64,000 nucleotides of DNA, taken from Gemmatimonadaceae bacterium. Lineage in GTDB: Bacteria; Gemmatimonadota; Gemmatimonadetes; Gemmatimonadales; Gemmatimonadaceae. Where the stretch lies: NCBI GenBank assembly GCA_035547615.1, contig DASZUN010000070.1:11511-75510 (forward strand), written 5' to 3'. The notes beneath the pieces are model-generated. The model saw only the letters and a program-made list of their open reading frames with translations. It made no database searches and was not told where the DNA came from. Both the position numbers and the translations under genes were made by a program. Positions 1 through 16,932 of the stretch are shown in pieces. Position 1 is the first letter of the stretch; every line of letters begins with the position of its first letter.

Positions 1-533
1 TCTCCGGCTTTCCGCGCGAGCGCGTGCTCGGCATGGCCGGCGTGCTCGACACGGCGCGCTACCGCGCGTTTCTCGCCGAGGCGCTCGACGTCTCCGTGCG
101 CGACATCCAGGCGATGGTGCTCGGCGGCCACGGCGATACGATGGTGCCGTTGATCTCGTACACGAGCGTGAGCGGCATCCCGATCACGCAGCTCATCGAC
201 AAGGGCAAGCTCGACGCGATCGTCGACCGCACGCGCAACGGCGGCGCGGAGATCGTGAAGCACCTCAAGACCGGCTCGGCGTACTACGCACCCTCGGCCG
301 GCGCGGTGCAGATGGCGGAAGCGATCGTCCAGGACCAGCGCCGCATTCTGCCGTGCGCCGCATGGCTCGACGGCGAGTACGGCATGAAGGACCTGTTCCT
401 CGGCGTCCCGTGCAAGCTCGGACGCAAGGGACTCGAGAAGGTGGTCGAAGTGCAGCTCACCCCCGACGAACGTGCCGCTCTCGAGAAGAGCGCGGAGGCC
501 GTCCGGGAGCCGATGAAAGCCGTGAAGTTGTGA
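1..533 (+). CDS. mdh: Malate dehydrogenase (LDH-like family), C-terminal fragment; 5' end lies upstream of the window
   Basis: The ORF translation contains [11 protein letters not shown] and [10 protein letters not shown]-type motifs typical of LDH-like MDH. The reading frame is open to the window edge (in frame from nt 3). Stop codon at 531-533. Confidence 0.9.
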   Translation, partial: SGFPRERVLGMAGVLDTARYRAFLAEALDVSVRDIQAMVLGGHGDTMVPLISYTSVSGIPITQLIDKGKLDAIVDRTRNGGAEIVKHLKTGSAYYAPSAGAVQMAEAIVQDQRRILPCAAWLDGEYGMKDLFLGVPCKLGRKGLEKVVEVQLTPDERAALEKSAEAVREPMKAVKL

Positions 534-612
534 GACGACAGACGGGAGAGCAGGGCCGCGGATCGCCGCGACTCACGCTCTCCCGACTCGCTTCACTCCT
601 CTCCGTTTTCCA

Positions 613-1296
613 ATGACATCCATCGCCGCGTTCTACCGATCGACGATCGGCAAGAAAATCATCATGGGGGTCACGGGGCTGATCGGCATCGGCTTCGTGA
701 TCCTGCACATGGCGGGCAACCTCCAGGCGTTCGCCGGAGCGCGCAAGCTGAACGAGTACGGCGCCATGCTCCACGGGCCGCTCAACGAGCTCCTCTGGGT
801 CCTGCGCGTCATCCTCATCATCGCCGTGATCCTGCACGTGCTCATGGCGTATCAGCTCACGATGCGCTCGCGCGCCGCGCGCCCAGTGGGCTACGAGCAC
901 CGCGAGCCGCAGGTCTCCACGTGGGCGGCGCGCACGATGAAGTGGGGCGGCGTGCTGCTCCTCGCGTTCATCATCTTCCACATCCTCCACTTCACGACCG
1001 AGACCGTGGATCCCGCGGGCTGGCGCGGGATGACCGACGTCGAAGGCCACCGCGACGTGTACGGCAACGTCGTCGCGAGCTTCCACATCTGGTGGGTGGC
1101 GGTGTTCTACATCGCCGCGATGATCGCGCTCGGGCTGCACCTGTACCACGGCGCGTGGAGCTCGATCCGTTCGCTGGGCTACGCCAAGGCGTCGGCCCAT
1201 CCGCTGCACCGGCGCATCGCGCTCGTCGTCGCGATCGTCGTCTGGCTCGGATTCACGCTCGTTCCGCTCGGCGTCATCGCCGGCATCATTCGATAA
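613..1296 (+). CDS. sdhC: Succinate dehydrogenase cytochrome b558 subunit (Bacillus-type, multi-TM, single membrane anchor)
   Basis: 227-aa hydrophobic protein with conserved His residues in the TM helices. It lies immediately upstream of sdhA/sdhB, and no separate sdhD is present. Confidence 0.85.
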   Translation: MTSIAAFYRSTIGKKIIMGVTGLIGIGFVILHMAGNLQAFAGARKLNEYGAMLHGPLNELLWVLRVILIIAVILHVLMAYQLTMRSRAARPVGYEHREPQVSTWAARTMKWGGVLLLAFIIFHILHFTTETVDPAGWRGMTDVEGHRDVYGNVVASFHIWWVAVFYIAAMIALGLHLYHGAWSSIRSLGYAKASAHPLHRRIALVVAIVVWLGFTLVPLGVIAGIIR

Positions 1297-1301
1297 AAGC
1301 C

Positions 1302-3218
<1,917 letters not shown>

Positions 3219-3279
3219 GGAGACGGACGACGCGACACGGGTCCGGCCGGACCCGGTCGCTCATTCGCTTTTGCATATT

Positions 3280-4053
<774 letters not shown>

Positions 4054-4068
4054 TTCGGCCGGACCGGC

Positions 4069-4098
4069 GCACGGCGCGCGCGGTGGCGCGCGCCGTGC
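4069..4098 (+). terminator. Perfect 13-bp GC hairpin (gcacggcgcgcgc-ggtg-gcgcgcgccgtgc), 16 nt after the sdhB stop; no U-tract
   Basis: Read directly from the sequence. Its position at the end of sdhCAB suggests a terminator or mRNA-stabilising stem. The missing T-run lowers confidence. Confidence 0.4.
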
Positions 4099-4131
4099 AG
4101 CCACGAGGCGTCTCCGACAGCACGAGACGCC

Positions 4132-4410
4132 ATGAGAGAACCCGAATCCAGTGAACGACGGCCCGGCGACGACGGCGGGCAGTATCCCGCGGACCGGTAT
4201 CGCGATCCCGAGGCCGAGCTCGGCGGCGCCGACGCCGTCGAGAAGACGACCTACGTTACGGGCGAAGGCACGTCGCCCGAAGCCCGGCACCCCCGGGACC
4301 AGCCCGCCGCGAACGTGCCGTCGAATCCCGGCCGCAACGCGTTCTTCTGGATCGTGCTCGTGGTCGTGGTGCTGCTCGTGATCGCGTACGTCGGCGGACT
4401 GTTCCGCTGA
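4132..4410 (+). CDS. Hypothetical small protein with an acidic/Pro-rich N-terminal part and one C-terminal TM helix (tail-anchored)
   Basis: 92-aa ORF with genome-typical high GC3. The C-terminal segment FFWIVLVVVVLLVIAYVGGLF is a TM helix. No family recognised. Confidence 0.45.
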   Translation: MREPESSERRPGDDGGQYPADRYRDPEAELGGADAVEKTTYVTGEGTSPEARHPRDQPAANVPSNPGRNAFFWIVLVVVVLLVIAYVGGLFR

Positions 4411-4425
4411 TGCGGCGGCCGGCGC

Positions 4426-4980
4426 TCAGAGCTTGGGCAGCGTGACGCCGACCTGGCCCTGGTACTTGCCGCTCTTGTCGCGATAGGAAACTTCCGGCTC
4501 CTCTTCACCGCGGAAGAAGAGCACCTGCGCGATCCCTTCGTTCGCGTAGATCTTGGCCGGCAGCGGCGTCGTGTTGGAGATTTCGAGCGTCACGTAGCCC
4601 TCCCACTCCGGCTCGAAGGGGGTGACGTTGGTGATGATGCCGCAGCGGGCGTACGTCGACTTGCCGACGGTCACCGTCAGGATGTTGCGCGGGATGCGGA
4701 AGTACTCGACCGACCGCGCCAGCGCGAACGAGTTGGGCGGGACGATGCAGACGTCGCCCTCGTACTCGACGAACGAGCGGGGATCGAACGCCTTGGGATC
4801 CACGATCGAGTTGAGCACGTTGGTGAAGATCCGGAACTCGCGCGCGACGCGCATGTCGTACCCGTACGAGCTCACGCCGTACGAGATCACGCCCGTGCGC
4901 ACCTGCCGGCCCTCGAATGGTTCGATCATCGCGTGCTCGCGAGCCATGCGGGTGATCCAGCGATCGGACATGATGGTCAT
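4426..4980 (-). CDS. dcd: dCTP deaminase
   Basis: Full-length match to the Dcd pattern ([33 protein letters not shown]). An internal ATG at 4971 (MSDRW...) is an alternative start. Confidence 0.92.
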   Translation of the reverse strand: MTIMSDRWITRMAREHAMIEPFEGRQVRTGVISYGVSSYGYDMRVAREFRIFTNVLNSIVDPKAFDPRSFVEYEGDVCIVPPNSFALARSVEYFRIPRNILTVTVGKSTYARCGIITNVTPFEPEWEGYVTLEISNTTPLPAKIYANEGIAQVLFFRGEEEPEVSYRDKSGKYQGQVGVTLPKL

Positions 4981-5162
4981 GGAGGCGTCTGGGCTGTGCG
5001 GTGGGAGCGAGGCGCGGAAGCGTGGCGGGCGGGAACGGGTGCGCGGCGGAAATTACACGGCGGCGCCGTCGCGCGGAATGCGTCGCGCGCGCAACGCGCC
5101 GCAGCGCGCCGTAGCGCGCCGCATCGGGTGCGCACCACGGACGCATTGCCGGCGCAACTCGG

Positions 5163-5191
5163 TTGACCCTCGTTCCTGGGTCCGATAACTT
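5163..5191 (+). promoter_or_regulatory. Candidate sigma-70-type promoter for the nuo operon (TTGACC-N17-TAACTT)
   Basis: Hexamers read in the 254-nt dcd/nuoA divergent spacer. A strong SD (AGGAG) precedes the nuoA ATG at 5235. Confidence 0.3.
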
Positions 5192-5234
5192 TCCGCCGCT
5201 GGACTTAGTGAAAGTTTTCACGAAGTAGGAGAAT

Positions 5235-5639
5235 ATGCTTCACACGTACTTTCCAGTCCTGCTTCTCCTCGGCTTCATCCTCGTGAACGCGGTGGTGATG
5301 CTGGGGCTGTCGCACCTCACCCTCCGGCCGCGCCCCACCCCGGTCAAGCAAGTGCCGTACGAGTCGGGCATGCCCCCGCTCGGCGACGCGCACGAACGCT
5401 TCTCCGTGAAGTTCTACATGGTGGCGGTGCTGTTCATCATCTTCGACATCGAAACCGTCTTCATGATTCCGTGGGGCGCGTACTACCGGCAGCTCTCCTG
5501 CACGGTGCCCCTCGTGAACGGCGTCTGCCCGTCCGGCCAGATGTCGCTGTTCGGGCTGTCGGAGATGATCGTGTTCATGATCATCCTGCTCGTCGGCTTC
5601 ATCTACGTGTGGAAGAAGGGAGCGTTGCAATGGGATTGA
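5235..5639 (+). CDS. nuoA: NADH-quinone oxidoreductase subunit A
   Basis: 134 aa with 3 TM helices. Contains the YESG..P.G...RF..KFY motif. First gene of the nuo cluster. Confidence 0.9.
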   Translation: MLHTYFPVLLLLGFILVNAVVMLGLSHLTLRPRPTPVKQVPYESGMPPLGDAHERFSVKFYMVAVLFIIFDIETVFMIPWGAYYRQLSCTVPLVNGVCPSGQMSLFGLSEMIVFMIILLVGFIYVWKKGALQWD

Positions 5640-6253
5640 GTCGGAGCGAGCCGACGAAGAACGTCGAGATGCAGACCGACGTGCCGTGGATGACCACGAC
5701 GCTCGACGCGCTCGTGAACTGGGGCCGGTCCAATTCGCTGTGGCCGATGCCGTTCGGCACGGCGTGCTGCGCGATCGAGTTCATGGCCACGGCCGCGAGC
5801 AAATACGACCTCGCGCGCTTCGGCATGGAGCGCCAGGCGTTCTCGCCCCGGCAGGCGGACGTGCTGATCTGCGCGGGCCGCGTGCCGTTCAAGCTCGCGC
5901 CGGTGCTGCGCCGCATCTGGCAGCAGATGCCGCAGCCCAAGTGGTGCATCTCGATGGGCGCCTGCGCCTCGTCGGGCAACGGCATCTTCGACAACTACGC
6001 CGTGGTCCAGGGCATCGACAACATCATCCCGGTGGACGTGTACGTGCCCGGGTGCCCGCCGCGTCCGGAAGGACTGCTCTACGGCATCATGCTCCTGCAG
6101 AAGAAGATTCAGAACGAGCGCTCGAGCGACACGTCGCTCCGGAACGAAATGGAACCGGATCCCGAGAGCCAGCTCTATCTCCCGCCGTCGGTGATCGACG
6201 AAGTGTCGGAGCCGTTCGGGAATTCCGTCCACCAGACACGGTCCGGCCTGTGA
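5630..6253 (+). CDS. nuoB: NADH-quinone oxidoreductase subunit B
   Basis: In-frame ATG at 5630 overlapping the nuoA end. Contains the N2-cluster motifs [16 protein letters not shown] and GCPPRPE. Confidence 0.93.
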   Translation: MGLSRSEPTKNVEMQTDVPWMTTTLDALVNWGRSNSLWPMPFGTACCAIEFMATAASKYDLARFGMERQAFSPRQADVLICAGRVPFKLAPVLRRIWQQMPQPKWCISMGACASSGNGIFDNYAVVQGIDNIIPVDVYVPGCPPRPEGLLYGIMLLQKKIQNERSSDTSLRNEMEPDPESQLYLPPSVIDEVSEPFGNSVHQTRSGL

Positions 6254-6954
6254 GCAACGGTTTCACGCCGGCTGTCGCCGGGAGCGCGCTCGGCGCCAAC
6301 GCGCCGGCGCCCGCGACTCCGAAGAACGTTCCCAACCGCGGCGGCGCGGCGAATCCGTCGACCGACGCGCTGCGCGAGAAGTTCGGCGCGGCCATTCAGC
6401 GCGTCGCGGTGGTCTGGGGTGAGACGAACGTCTACGTCGATCCCGCGCGCCTTCACGACATCGTGCAGTGGCTGCACGACGATCCGTCGCAGCGCTACGA
6501 CTACCTCTCCGACGTCACCGCGGTCGAGTTCCGCGATCTCGAGCAGCCGCTCGAGGTCGTGTGGCATCTGCGCTCGCTGCCGTATCGCCGCTTCCTGCGG
6601 CTCAAGGTCGAGCTGCCCCGCGGCGCCGCGCTCGAGGTGCCGAGCGTGTGGGACGTCTATCGCGGCGCGGATTGGCTCGAGCGCGAGTGCTTCGACATGT
6701 TCGGCATCCGCTTCGTGGGCCATCCCGACCTGCGCCGGCTGCTCATGTGGGAGGGCTACCGAGAAGGCTTCCCGCTGCGCAAGGATTTTCCGCTGCGCGG
6801 ACGCTTCAGCCGCTCGGAGCAGCTGCGGCAGGCGCTCTCCGCGAACCCGGAAGCGCGCTACTCGCAGGACGAGCTGTCGATCGCCGAGGCGTACGAGGAC
6901 CTGCCCGACGACATGCGCCGGCGGTTGAGCTCCGGCGAACGGACGGGAGAGTAG
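6250..6954 (+). CDS. nuoC: NADH-quinone oxidoreductase subunit C, with a low-complexity N-terminal extension of about 45 aa and an acidic C-terminal tail
   Basis: GTG at 6250 overlaps the nuoB TGA (GTGA). The core [24 protein letters not shown] is typical of NuoC. Confidence 0.88.
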   Translation: MSNGFTPAVAGSALGANAPAPATPKNVPNRGGAANPSTDALREKFGAAIQRVAVVWGETNVYVDPARLHDIVQWLHDDPSQRYDYLSDVTAVEFRDLEQPLEVVWHLRSLPYRRFLRLKVELPRGAALEVPSVWDVYRGADWLERECFDMFGIRFVGHPDLRRLLMWEGYREGFPLRKDFPLRGRFSRSEQLRQALSANPEARYSQDELSIAEAYEDLPDDMRRRLSSGERTGE

Positions 6955-6957
6955 CCC

Positions 6958-8271
6958 ATGGCGACGACGAAACGCACGGTCGAAGTCGAGCTGTCCACGA
7001 CGGGCGTGGACGCGCAGGGCCGCCCGCAGCGCGTGCCGCTCGCGGTCGACGCGCAGGGCAACGTGGTCCCGATCGCCGCGCCGCCGGAGATCGAGCCGGG
7101 GCTCGACGGCGAGCACATGCTCATCAACATCGGGCCGCAGCACCCGGCCACGCACGGCGTGCTCCGCCTGGTGCTCGAGCTCGACGGCGAGACGGTGGTG
7201 CGCTGCATTCCGCACATCGGGTACCTGCACTGCGGGTTCGAGAAATCCGGCGAGTACCGGCAGTACAACCAGATCATCCCGTACACCGATCGTGAGGATT
7301 ATCTAAACTCGCCGGGCAACAACGTCGCGTTCGTGCTCGGCGCGGAGCGGCTGTTCGGGATCGAGATCACGGAGCGGTGCACGGTGCTGCGCGTGATCGC
7401 GCTCGAGCTGTCGCGCATCATCTCGCACCTCGTCTGGCTCGGCACGACCTGCATCGACATCGGCGCCTACACGCCGTTCCTGTGGGCGTTCCAGCAGCGC
7501 GAGAAGGTGTACGAGCTGCTCGAGGCCTGGGTCGGCGCGCGCCTCACGACGACGCTCACCCGCGTCGGCGGCATGGCGGCCGACATTCCGGACAACTGGA
7601 TCGAGGGGCTCACGGCCTTCGTGAAGGGATTCCCCAAAGTCGTCGACGAGATCGATCGCATCATCACGCGCAACGGCATCTGGGTCGGCCGCACCGTGGG
7701 CCTCGGCGTGATGTCGCCGGAGGAAGCGGTGAACTACGGCCTCTCGGGCCCGATGGCGCGCGCCTCCGGCGTCGCGTACGACGTCCGCAAGGACTTCCCG
7801 TATCTCGACTACGAGACGTACGACTTCGAGGTGCCCGTCGGCACGCACGGCGACGTCTACGACCGCTATCTCGTGCGCATGGAGGAGCTGCGGCAGTCCA
7901 CGCGCCTCATCGAGCAGGCGATGAAGCGGCTGCCCGACGGCCCGGTGAACGTCGACGACCACCGGGTCATTCTGCCGCCCAAGAGCAAGGCGACGAGCGA
8001 CATGGAGTCGATGATCCATCACTTCAAGCAGGTGATGGAAGGCCCGCGCCCGCCGCTCGGCGAGTGCTACGTGGCGGTCGAGAGCCCCAAGGGCGAGAAG
8101 GGCTATTACATGGTCTCGGACGGCACGTCGAAGCCGGTGCGCTGGCGCATTCGCCCGCCGTCCTTTGTGAATCTTTCGGCGATTCCGCGCATGGTCGAGG
8201 GGCACATGCTCTCCGACGTGATCGCGATCAACGCGTCGATCGACATTGTGATGGGAGAGATCGACCGATGA
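6958..8271 (+). CDS. nuoD: NADH-quinone oxidoreductase subunit D
   Basis: Contains GPQHPATHGVLRL and a C-terminal IDIVMGEIDR. An N-terminal extension of about 50 aa precedes the conserved core. Confidence 0.95.
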   Translation: MATTKRTVEVELSTTGVDAQGRPQRVPLAVDAQGNVVPIAAPPEIEPGLDGEHMLINIGPQHPATHGVLRLVLELDGETVVRCIPHIGYLHCGFEKSGEYRQYNQIIPYTDREDYLNSPGNNVAFVLGAERLFGIEITERCTVLRVIALELSRIISHLVWLGTTCIDIGAYTPFLWAFQQREKVYELLEAWVGARLTTTLTRVGGMAADIPDNWIEGLTAFVKGFPKVVDEIDRIITRNGIWVGRTVGLGVMSPEEAVNYGLSGPMARASGVAYDVRKDFPYLDYETYDFEVPVGTHGDVYDRYLVRMEELRQSTRLIEQAMKRLPDGPVNVDDHRVILPPKSKATSDMESMIHHFKQVMEGPRPPLGECYVAVESPKGEKGYYMVSDGTSKPVRWRIRPPSFVNLSAIPRMVEGHMLSDVIAINASIDIVMGEIDR

Positions 8272-8383
8272 CAACTTCGCGTCATTCCGCGGGAGCGCAG
8301 CGACCGAGGAATCTGCTGTCCGTGACGTGTGACATGCTTCGCGAGGCCGGCGCAGGATCCCTCGCTTCGCCCGGGACGACCCC

Positions 8384-8959
8384 ATGAGCGACCCCGCCTA
8401 CTTCCGGGCAGACCGCGAGGCCGGCGATCTGCGCGCGCCGGCCGACGTCTCGCACGGCGATCATGCGCACGGGCCGTACACGCCCGTCTTCACGCCGGGC
8501 AGCGCGCGCCGCAAGGAGCTCGACGAGGTCCTGTCGCGCTATCCCACGAAGATGGCCGCGCTGCTCCCCGCGCTCTGGATGGTGCAGCACGCGCACGGCT
8601 GGGTGAGCGACGAGGGCATGGCCGAAGTGGCCGAGGTGCTCGAGCTCACGCCGGCGTACGTGAAGGGCGTCGTCACGTTCTACACCATGTACCATCAGCA
8701 TCCCGTGGGGCGCCACTTCATCCAGGTGTGCACCACGTCGCCGTGCAACGTGTGCGGCGCGGAGAACGTCGTCGAGGCGTTTCTCAAGCACACCGGGTGC
8801 CAGGAGCTGGGCCAGACGTCGCCCGACGGGAAATACACCGTTATTGAAGTGGAATGTCTCGGCGCCTGCGGCTTCGCGACGCCGATCATGATCAACGAAG
8901 ACTTCATCGAGTCGGTGACTCCGGAGCGGGTGCCGGAGATTCTCGCGGGACTCGAGTAA
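8384..8959 (+). CDS. nuoE: NADH-quinone oxidoreductase subunit E (2Fe-2S)
   Basis: Contains the 2Fe-2S ligand motifs CTTSPCNVCG and ECLGACGFATPIMIN. Confidence 0.92.
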   Translation: MSDPAYFRADREAGDLRAPADVSHGDHAHGPYTPVFTPGSARRKELDEVLSRYPTKMAALLPALWMVQHAHGWVSDEGMAEVAEVLELTPAYVKGVVTFYTMYHQHPVGRHFIQVCTTSPCNVCGAENVVEAFLKHTGCQELGQTSPDGKYTVIEVECLGACGFATPIMINEDFIESVTPERVPEILAGLE

Positions 8960-8965
8960 AGAGAC

Positions 8966-10282
<1,317 letters not shown>

Positions 10283-11914
10283 ATGAGCAACACACCGGAA
10301 TCGATGCCCTATGCCTCGTTCGGCGCCGCGGCGCCGGCCGGGGCGCCCGCGAAGACGGTCACGCTCACGATCGAGGGCCGGCAGGTCACCGTGCCGGACG
10401 GCACCTCGATCCTCGAGGCGGCTCGCCACGCCGGCATCCTCGTTCCGCACTACTGCTATCATCCCGGACTTCCCGTGGCCGGCGTCTGCCGCATGTGCCT
10501 CGTGGAAGTCGAGAAGATGCCCAAGCTCGCTCCGTCGTGCGCCACGGCCGTCGCGGAAGGCCAGGTCGTCCACGTCCATTCGGACAAGGCGCTCGAGGCG
10601 CGGAAGGGCGTCATCGAGATGCTCCTCATCAACCACCCGCTCGACTGTCCGATTTGCGACCAGTCCGGCGAGTGCGAGCTGCAGGACTACACGTACCAGG
10701 AAGGCCGCGCCGAAGGGCGCCTGCGGGAGCCGAAGCGCTTCAATCCCGCGGAGGATTTCGGCGGCGACGTGCTCTACGTGACGAACCGGTGCATCTACTG
10801 CACGCGGTGCGTTCGGTTCATGGACAACATGGCGCAGGATCCCGTGCTCAACGTGAGCGAGCGCGGCGACCGCGCCGTGATCGGCAAGTTCGAGGGCAAG
10901 GATCTCACGCACGCCTGGGCCGGCAACGTCATCGACCTCTGCCCGGTCGGCGCGCTCCTCTCCAAGGATTCGCTGAACAAGGCGCGCTCGTGGGAGCTCG
11001 ACCGCACGGCATCGGTGTGCCCGAGCTGCTCGCAGGGCTGCAACATGACCGTGGAGACGCGGGACAACACCGTGATCAAGCTGCGGCCGCGCCCGAACGA
11101 GAACGTGAACTCGTACTACATGTGCGATCACGGCCGGTTGAACTATCGCTGGATGAACCGCCAGGATCGCGTGGACGTCCCGATGGTTCGGCATGGCGCG
11201 ACGCTCGCCGGCACCGATTGGGAGGTCGCCATCGCCGAGGCCGCACGGCTCCTCGGCGGGAAGAAGGCGTTCGTGCTCGCCTCGCCGTCGCTGTCGAACG
11301 AGGCGCTGTTCCTGCTCGGGCAGCTCGCGCGCAAGACGGGCGGCGCGGGCGCGTTCCGCGTGCCGGAGGGCAGCGAGGCGCCGCTCCCCGGCGTGAAAGA
11401 TCTCGCGCTGCGGGCCGATCGCGCGGCCAACGCGCGCGGCGCGGAGCTCTTCGGCTTCACGCGGAGCGCCACGCCGCTCGCCGGACTCGGCGCCGGTGAC
11501 GTCCTCATCGTGGCCGACGAGGAGCTCGCGGGCGTCGATGCGCCGGACGTCGCGAAGGCCGGCGCGATCATCGTCATCGGCACCACGCTGCCGGCATGGG
11601 CGCGCCACGCGGCGGCGGTCGTCCTCCCGATCGCCAACATGGTCGAGGAAGAGGGCACCTTCACGAACCTGCGCGGCCGCGTGCAGCGGTTCATGCAGGC
11701 CAAGGCGGCGCCCGGCTTCGCCCGGCCGAGCTGGTACGTGCTGAGCGACCTGCTCACCGCGGCCGGCGTGCCGAGCAACTACTCGCTGGCGAGCGAGGTG
11801 TTCGGCGCGCTCGCCGCGGCCACCTCCGAGTTCGGCGGCATGTCCTACGACACGCTCGGTCTCAAGGGCAAGATCATCGCCGGCGCGGCTGCGTCGGCGG
11901 GAGCACGCGCATGA
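10283..11914 (+). CDS. nuoG: NADH-quinone oxidoreductase subunit G (short, 543-aa form)
   Basis: Contains CYHPGLPVAGVCRMCLVEV, HPLDCPICDQSGECELQD and CIYCTRCVRF. The start abuts the nuoF stop. Confidence 0.92.
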   Translation: MSNTPESMPYASFGAAAPAGAPAKTVTLTIEGRQVTVPDGTSILEAARHAGILVPHYCYHPGLPVAGVCRMCLVEVEKMPKLAPSCATAVAEGQVVHVHSDKALEARKGVIEMLLINHPLDCPICDQSGECELQDYTYQEGRAEGRLREPKRFNPAEDFGGDVLYVTNRCIYCTRCVRFMDNMAQDPVLNVSERGDRAVIGKFEGKDLTHAWAGNVIDLCPVGALLSKDSLNKARSWELDRTASVCPSCSQGCNMTVETRDNTVIKLRPRPNENVNSYYMCDHGRLNYRWMNRQDRVDVPMVRHGATLAGTDWEVAIAEAARLLGGKKAFVLASPSLSNEALFLLGQLARKTGGAGAFRVPEGSEAPLPGVKDLALRADRAANARGAELFGFTRSATPLAGLGAGDVLIVADEELAGVDAPDVAKAGAIIVIGTTLPAWARHAAAVVLPIANMVEEEGTFTNLRGRVQRFMQAKAAPGFARPSWYVLSDLLTAAGVPSNYSLASEVFGALAAATSEFGGMSYDTLGLKGKIIAGAAASAGARA

Positions 11915-13236
11915 TCGCACTCGCACTGCTGCAAGCGGCCGCGCCGGCCGCGTCGAGCGGAATCCAGACGATCGCGCCGCCGGAGAGCGGGGGCGCGTGG
12001 TTCCTCGCCACCGTCGTCAAGCTGCTCGTCACGTTCACGATCTACATGGTCGGCGTGATGATGGTGATCTGGGCCGAGCGCCGCATCTGCGCCTTCATTC
12101 AGGATCGCCGCGGGCCCAACCGCGTCGGTCCGCACGGGCTGCTGCAGTCCGTCGCCGACGGCGTGAAGAACATCATGAAGGAGGAGACGTACCCGGGGTC
12201 GGCGTACCTCCCGCTCTTCATCCTCGCGCCGGCGATCTCGTTCACGACCGCGCTGCTCGTCTGGGCGGTGATCCCGTACGGCGCGCCCTGGCAGAGCAAG
12301 TGGGGCCTGATCGACACGGCGCTCGCGCCGCTCCCGGTCGGCTTCCTCTACATGCTGGCGATCGCGTCGCTCGGCGTGTACGGCATCGTGCTCGCGGGCT
12401 GGTCGTCGAACAACAAGTACGCGCTGCTCGGCGGCCTCCGCTCGAGCGCGCAGATGATCTCGTACGAGATCTCGATGGGCATGTCGATCATCCCGGTGCT
12501 CATCCTCGCCGGGAACGTCTCGCTGAGCCAGATCGTGTCGCAGCAGGCGGGGCGGGGGCTGCACTGGAACGTGCTGACCTGCACGATCGCCTGGTTCATC
12601 TTCTTCGTGTCGGCGTTCGCCGAGACGAATCGCGTGCCGTTCGACCTGCCGGAGTCCGAATCCGAGCTCGTCGCCGGCTACCACGCCGAGTACAGCGCGA
12701 TGAAGTTCTCGATGTTCTTCATCGCCGAGTACGCCAACGTGATGACGTCGAGCGCGCTGATGTCGACGCTGTTCCTCGGCGGCTGGGACATTCCGTTCAC
12801 GGTGTGGGACAACGTCGCGCCGCACACGCTGCTCAAGACGCTCGTGACGTTCGCGTTCTTCTGGGCGAAGATCCTGTTCTTCGTCTTCGTGTTCATCTGG
12901 GTGCGCTGGACGCTGCCGCGCTTCCGGTACGACCAGCTCATGGCGCTCGGCTGGAAGGTGATGCTGCCGACGGCGCTCGCGTACGTGATCTTCATCGCCG
13001 CGATGACGCTCGGCCTCGACGCGGCGGGGATCCACCCGGCGTCGTGGCAGTACGCGGTGATCATGCTCGCCGCCAACATCGTGATCGCGCTGGCGATGTT
13101 CCGGTTCCTCGACCGCGGCCGGCTCGTGAGCCCGGCGTACTCGCGGCTGGACCGCCGCAACCTCGAGAAGCTGCGCCGGCTCGATGCTCGCCGCGCCCGC
13201 CTCGCCCCGATTTCCAGTGAAGGAGGAGCCGACTGA
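11911..13236 (+). CDS. nuoH: NADH-quinone oxidoreductase subunit H
   Basis: ATG at 11911 overlaps the nuoG TGA (ATGA). Contains ERRICAFIQDRRGPNRVGPHGLLQSVADGVK and AETNRVPFDLPESESELVAGYH. Confidence 0.93.
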   Translation: MIALALLQAAAPAASSGIQTIAPPESGGAWFLATVVKLLVTFTIYMVGVMMVIWAERRICAFIQDRRGPNRVGPHGLLQSVADGVKNIMKEETYPGSAYLPLFILAPAISFTTALLVWAVIPYGAPWQSKWGLIDTALAPLPVGFLYMLAIASLGVYGIVLAGWSSNNKYALLGGLRSSAQMISYEISMGMSIIPVLILAGNVSLSQIVSQQAGRGLHWNVLTCTIAWFIFFVSAFAETNRVPFDLPESESELVAGYHAEYSAMKFSMFFIAEYANVMTSSALMSTLFLGGWDIPFTVWDNVAPHTLLKTLVTFAFFWAKILFFVFVFIWVRWTLPRFRYDQLMALGWKVMLPTALAYVIFIAAMTLGLDAAGIHPASWQYAVIMLAANIVIALAMFRFLDRGRLVSPAYSRLDRRNLEKLRRLDARRARLAPISSEGGAD

Positions 13237-13297
13237 TGGCGATCTACTCTCTCGGCGGAATTCCGAGCGTAGGCGCGACGCGCCGGAGTGAGGAACA

Positions 13298-13792
13298 ATG
13301 ATTGGCGTCAAAGTGATCGACCGTCCGATTCCGCAGACCAGCTACGTGCGCGCGACGATCAGCGGCATGGCGCTCACGCTCAAGCATCTGCTCGACCGCG
13401 AGAAGGTCACGGTGCAGTACCCGGAGCAGAAGCTCGGCGTGTCGCCGCGCTGGCGCGGCACGCACCGCATGCTCACGACGGAGGACGGCAAGGCCAAGTG
13501 CGTCGCGTGCGGCCTCTGTCCGACCGTGTGCCCGTCCAACTGCATCAAGCTGGTCCCGGGCGAGGACGAGAACGGCAACCGGTATCCGCTGCTCTTCGAG
13601 ATCGACGAGTTCCGCTGCATCTTCTGCGGCTACTGCCAGGAGGTGTGCCCGGAGGAAGCGATCCACGTCGGGCGGCATTATGAGAATTCTGAATACAGCC
13701 GCGAGGGCTTCGTCTACGACCTGGAGCGTCTGATGTCGCAGACGCATCCGGTGTGCGAGATGTGGGACCCCGCCGACCCGAAGGGCGAGTAA
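13298..13792 (+). CDS. nuoI: NADH-quinone oxidoreductase subunit I (2x 4Fe-4S)
   Basis: Contains the ferredoxin motifs CVACGLCPTVCP and CIFCGYCQEVCP. Confidence 0.93.
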   Translation: MIGVKVIDRPIPQTSYVRATISGMALTLKHLLDREKVTVQYPEQKLGVSPRWRGTHRMLTTEDGKAKCVACGLCPTVCPSNCIKLVPGEDENGNRYPLLFEIDEFRCIFCGYCQEVCPEEAIHVGRHYENSEYSREGFVYDLERLMSQTHPVCEMWDPADPKGE

Positions 13793-14361
13793 TGCAACCA
13801 CTCGGCATGCCGCACGGGACGCTCCCGCTGTTCTACACGTTCCACTTCTATCTCTTCGGGCTCCTGGCGATCGTTTCGGCGATCCTCTTCGTGACCCGCA
13901 AGAGCCCGGTCGCCGCGGCCCTCTGGCTCGTGTCGACGATGTTCAACCTGGCCGCGCTCTACGTGCTCCTCGACGCACAGTTCATCGGCGCGGTGCAGGT
14001 GCTCGTCTACGCCGGCGCGATCATGGTCGTGTTCCTGTTCGTGATCATGCTCCTCAACCTGGGACAGGGCGAGGGCGTGGACATTCGCGGCGTCGGCTGG
14101 AAGATCGTGGCCGGCGCGATCGCGATCGGGATCCTCGCGCAGGTGTTCGCGCTCACGCGCGCGCGCACGCCGGTGAATCTCACGCTGCCGCAGGGCTACG
14201 CGGCCCAGCAGATCGCCGAGTCGGGCGCGGTCGCCCCGATCGCGGCGCCGCTCTTCAACCAGTACCTGCTCGCCTTCGAGGTCACGAGCATCCTGCTCCT
14301 GGCCGCGATCGTCGGGGCCGTGCTGCTCGGCAAGCAGAAGGAGGCGGTCGATGCTCGCTGA
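13792..14361 (+). CDS. nuoJ: NADH-quinone oxidoreductase subunit J
   Basis: ATG at 13792 shares 1 nt with the nuoI TAA. Hydrophobic 189-aa protein containing [20 protein letters not shown]. Confidence 0.85.
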   Translation: MQPLGMPHGTLPLFYTFHFYLFGLLAIVSAILFVTRKSPVAAALWLVSTMFNLAALYVLLDAQFIGAVQVLVYAGAIMVVFLFVIMLLNLGQGEGVDIRGVGWKIVAGAIAIGILAQVFALTRARTPVNLTLPQGYAAQQIAESGAVAPIAAPLFNQYLLAFEVTSILLLAAIVGAVLLGKQKEAVDAR

Positions 14362-14643
14362 AGCGCTCTTCTTCTCGGCCGTGCTGTTCGTGATCGGCGT
14401 CTTCGGCGTGCTCATTCGCCGCAACGCCATCATCGTGTTCATGTGCGTCGAGCTCATGCTCAACGCCGTGAACCTCACGTTCATCGCGTTCGCGCAGGCG
14501 TACGGCGTGGCCGGCCAGGTGTTCGTGTTCTTCGTGATGACCGTCGCCGCGGCCGAAGCCGCCGTCGGTCTCGCGATCATCATCGCGCTCTTCCGTCATC
14601 GTCAGACGGTCAATCTTCAGAACATCAACCTGCTCAAGGGCTG

Positions 14644-14644
<1 letters not shown>
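14351..14644 (+). CDS. nuoK: NADH-quinone oxidoreductase subunit K
   Basis: 97 aa with 3 TM helices. Contains [11 protein letters not shown] and [11 protein letters not shown]. Confidence 0.9.
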
Positions 14645-16905
<2,261 letters not shown>

Positions 16906-16918
16906 TAGTGGCCGGATG

Positions 16919-16932
16919 CAACCAATTGGTTG
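16919..16932. repeat. Perfect 14-bp palindrome CAACCAATTGGTTG in the nuoL-nuoM spacer, with a nearby partial direct copy GCAACCATTGG at 16939-16949
   Basis: Read directly from the sequence. It lies in the only AT-richer stretch of the 76-nt intergenic gap. Confidence 0.6.

Noticed and set aside
5120-5160. A sigma-54-type promoter (GG-N10-GC) in the dcd/nuoA spacer around tgcgcaccacggacgcattgcc, prompted by rpoN being in the window.
   Set aside because: The -24 GG is absent (GCGCAC rather than TGGCAC) and the spacing does not fit the consensus.
8272-8383. The 112-nt gap between nuoD and nuoE, with a 17-codon ORF (MLREAGAGSLASPGTTP) and a 6-bp stem (gcgagg/cctcgc).
   Set aside because: The ORF is too short and featureless, and the stem is too weak, to support either a gene or a regulatory element. 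It is probably just a spacer.
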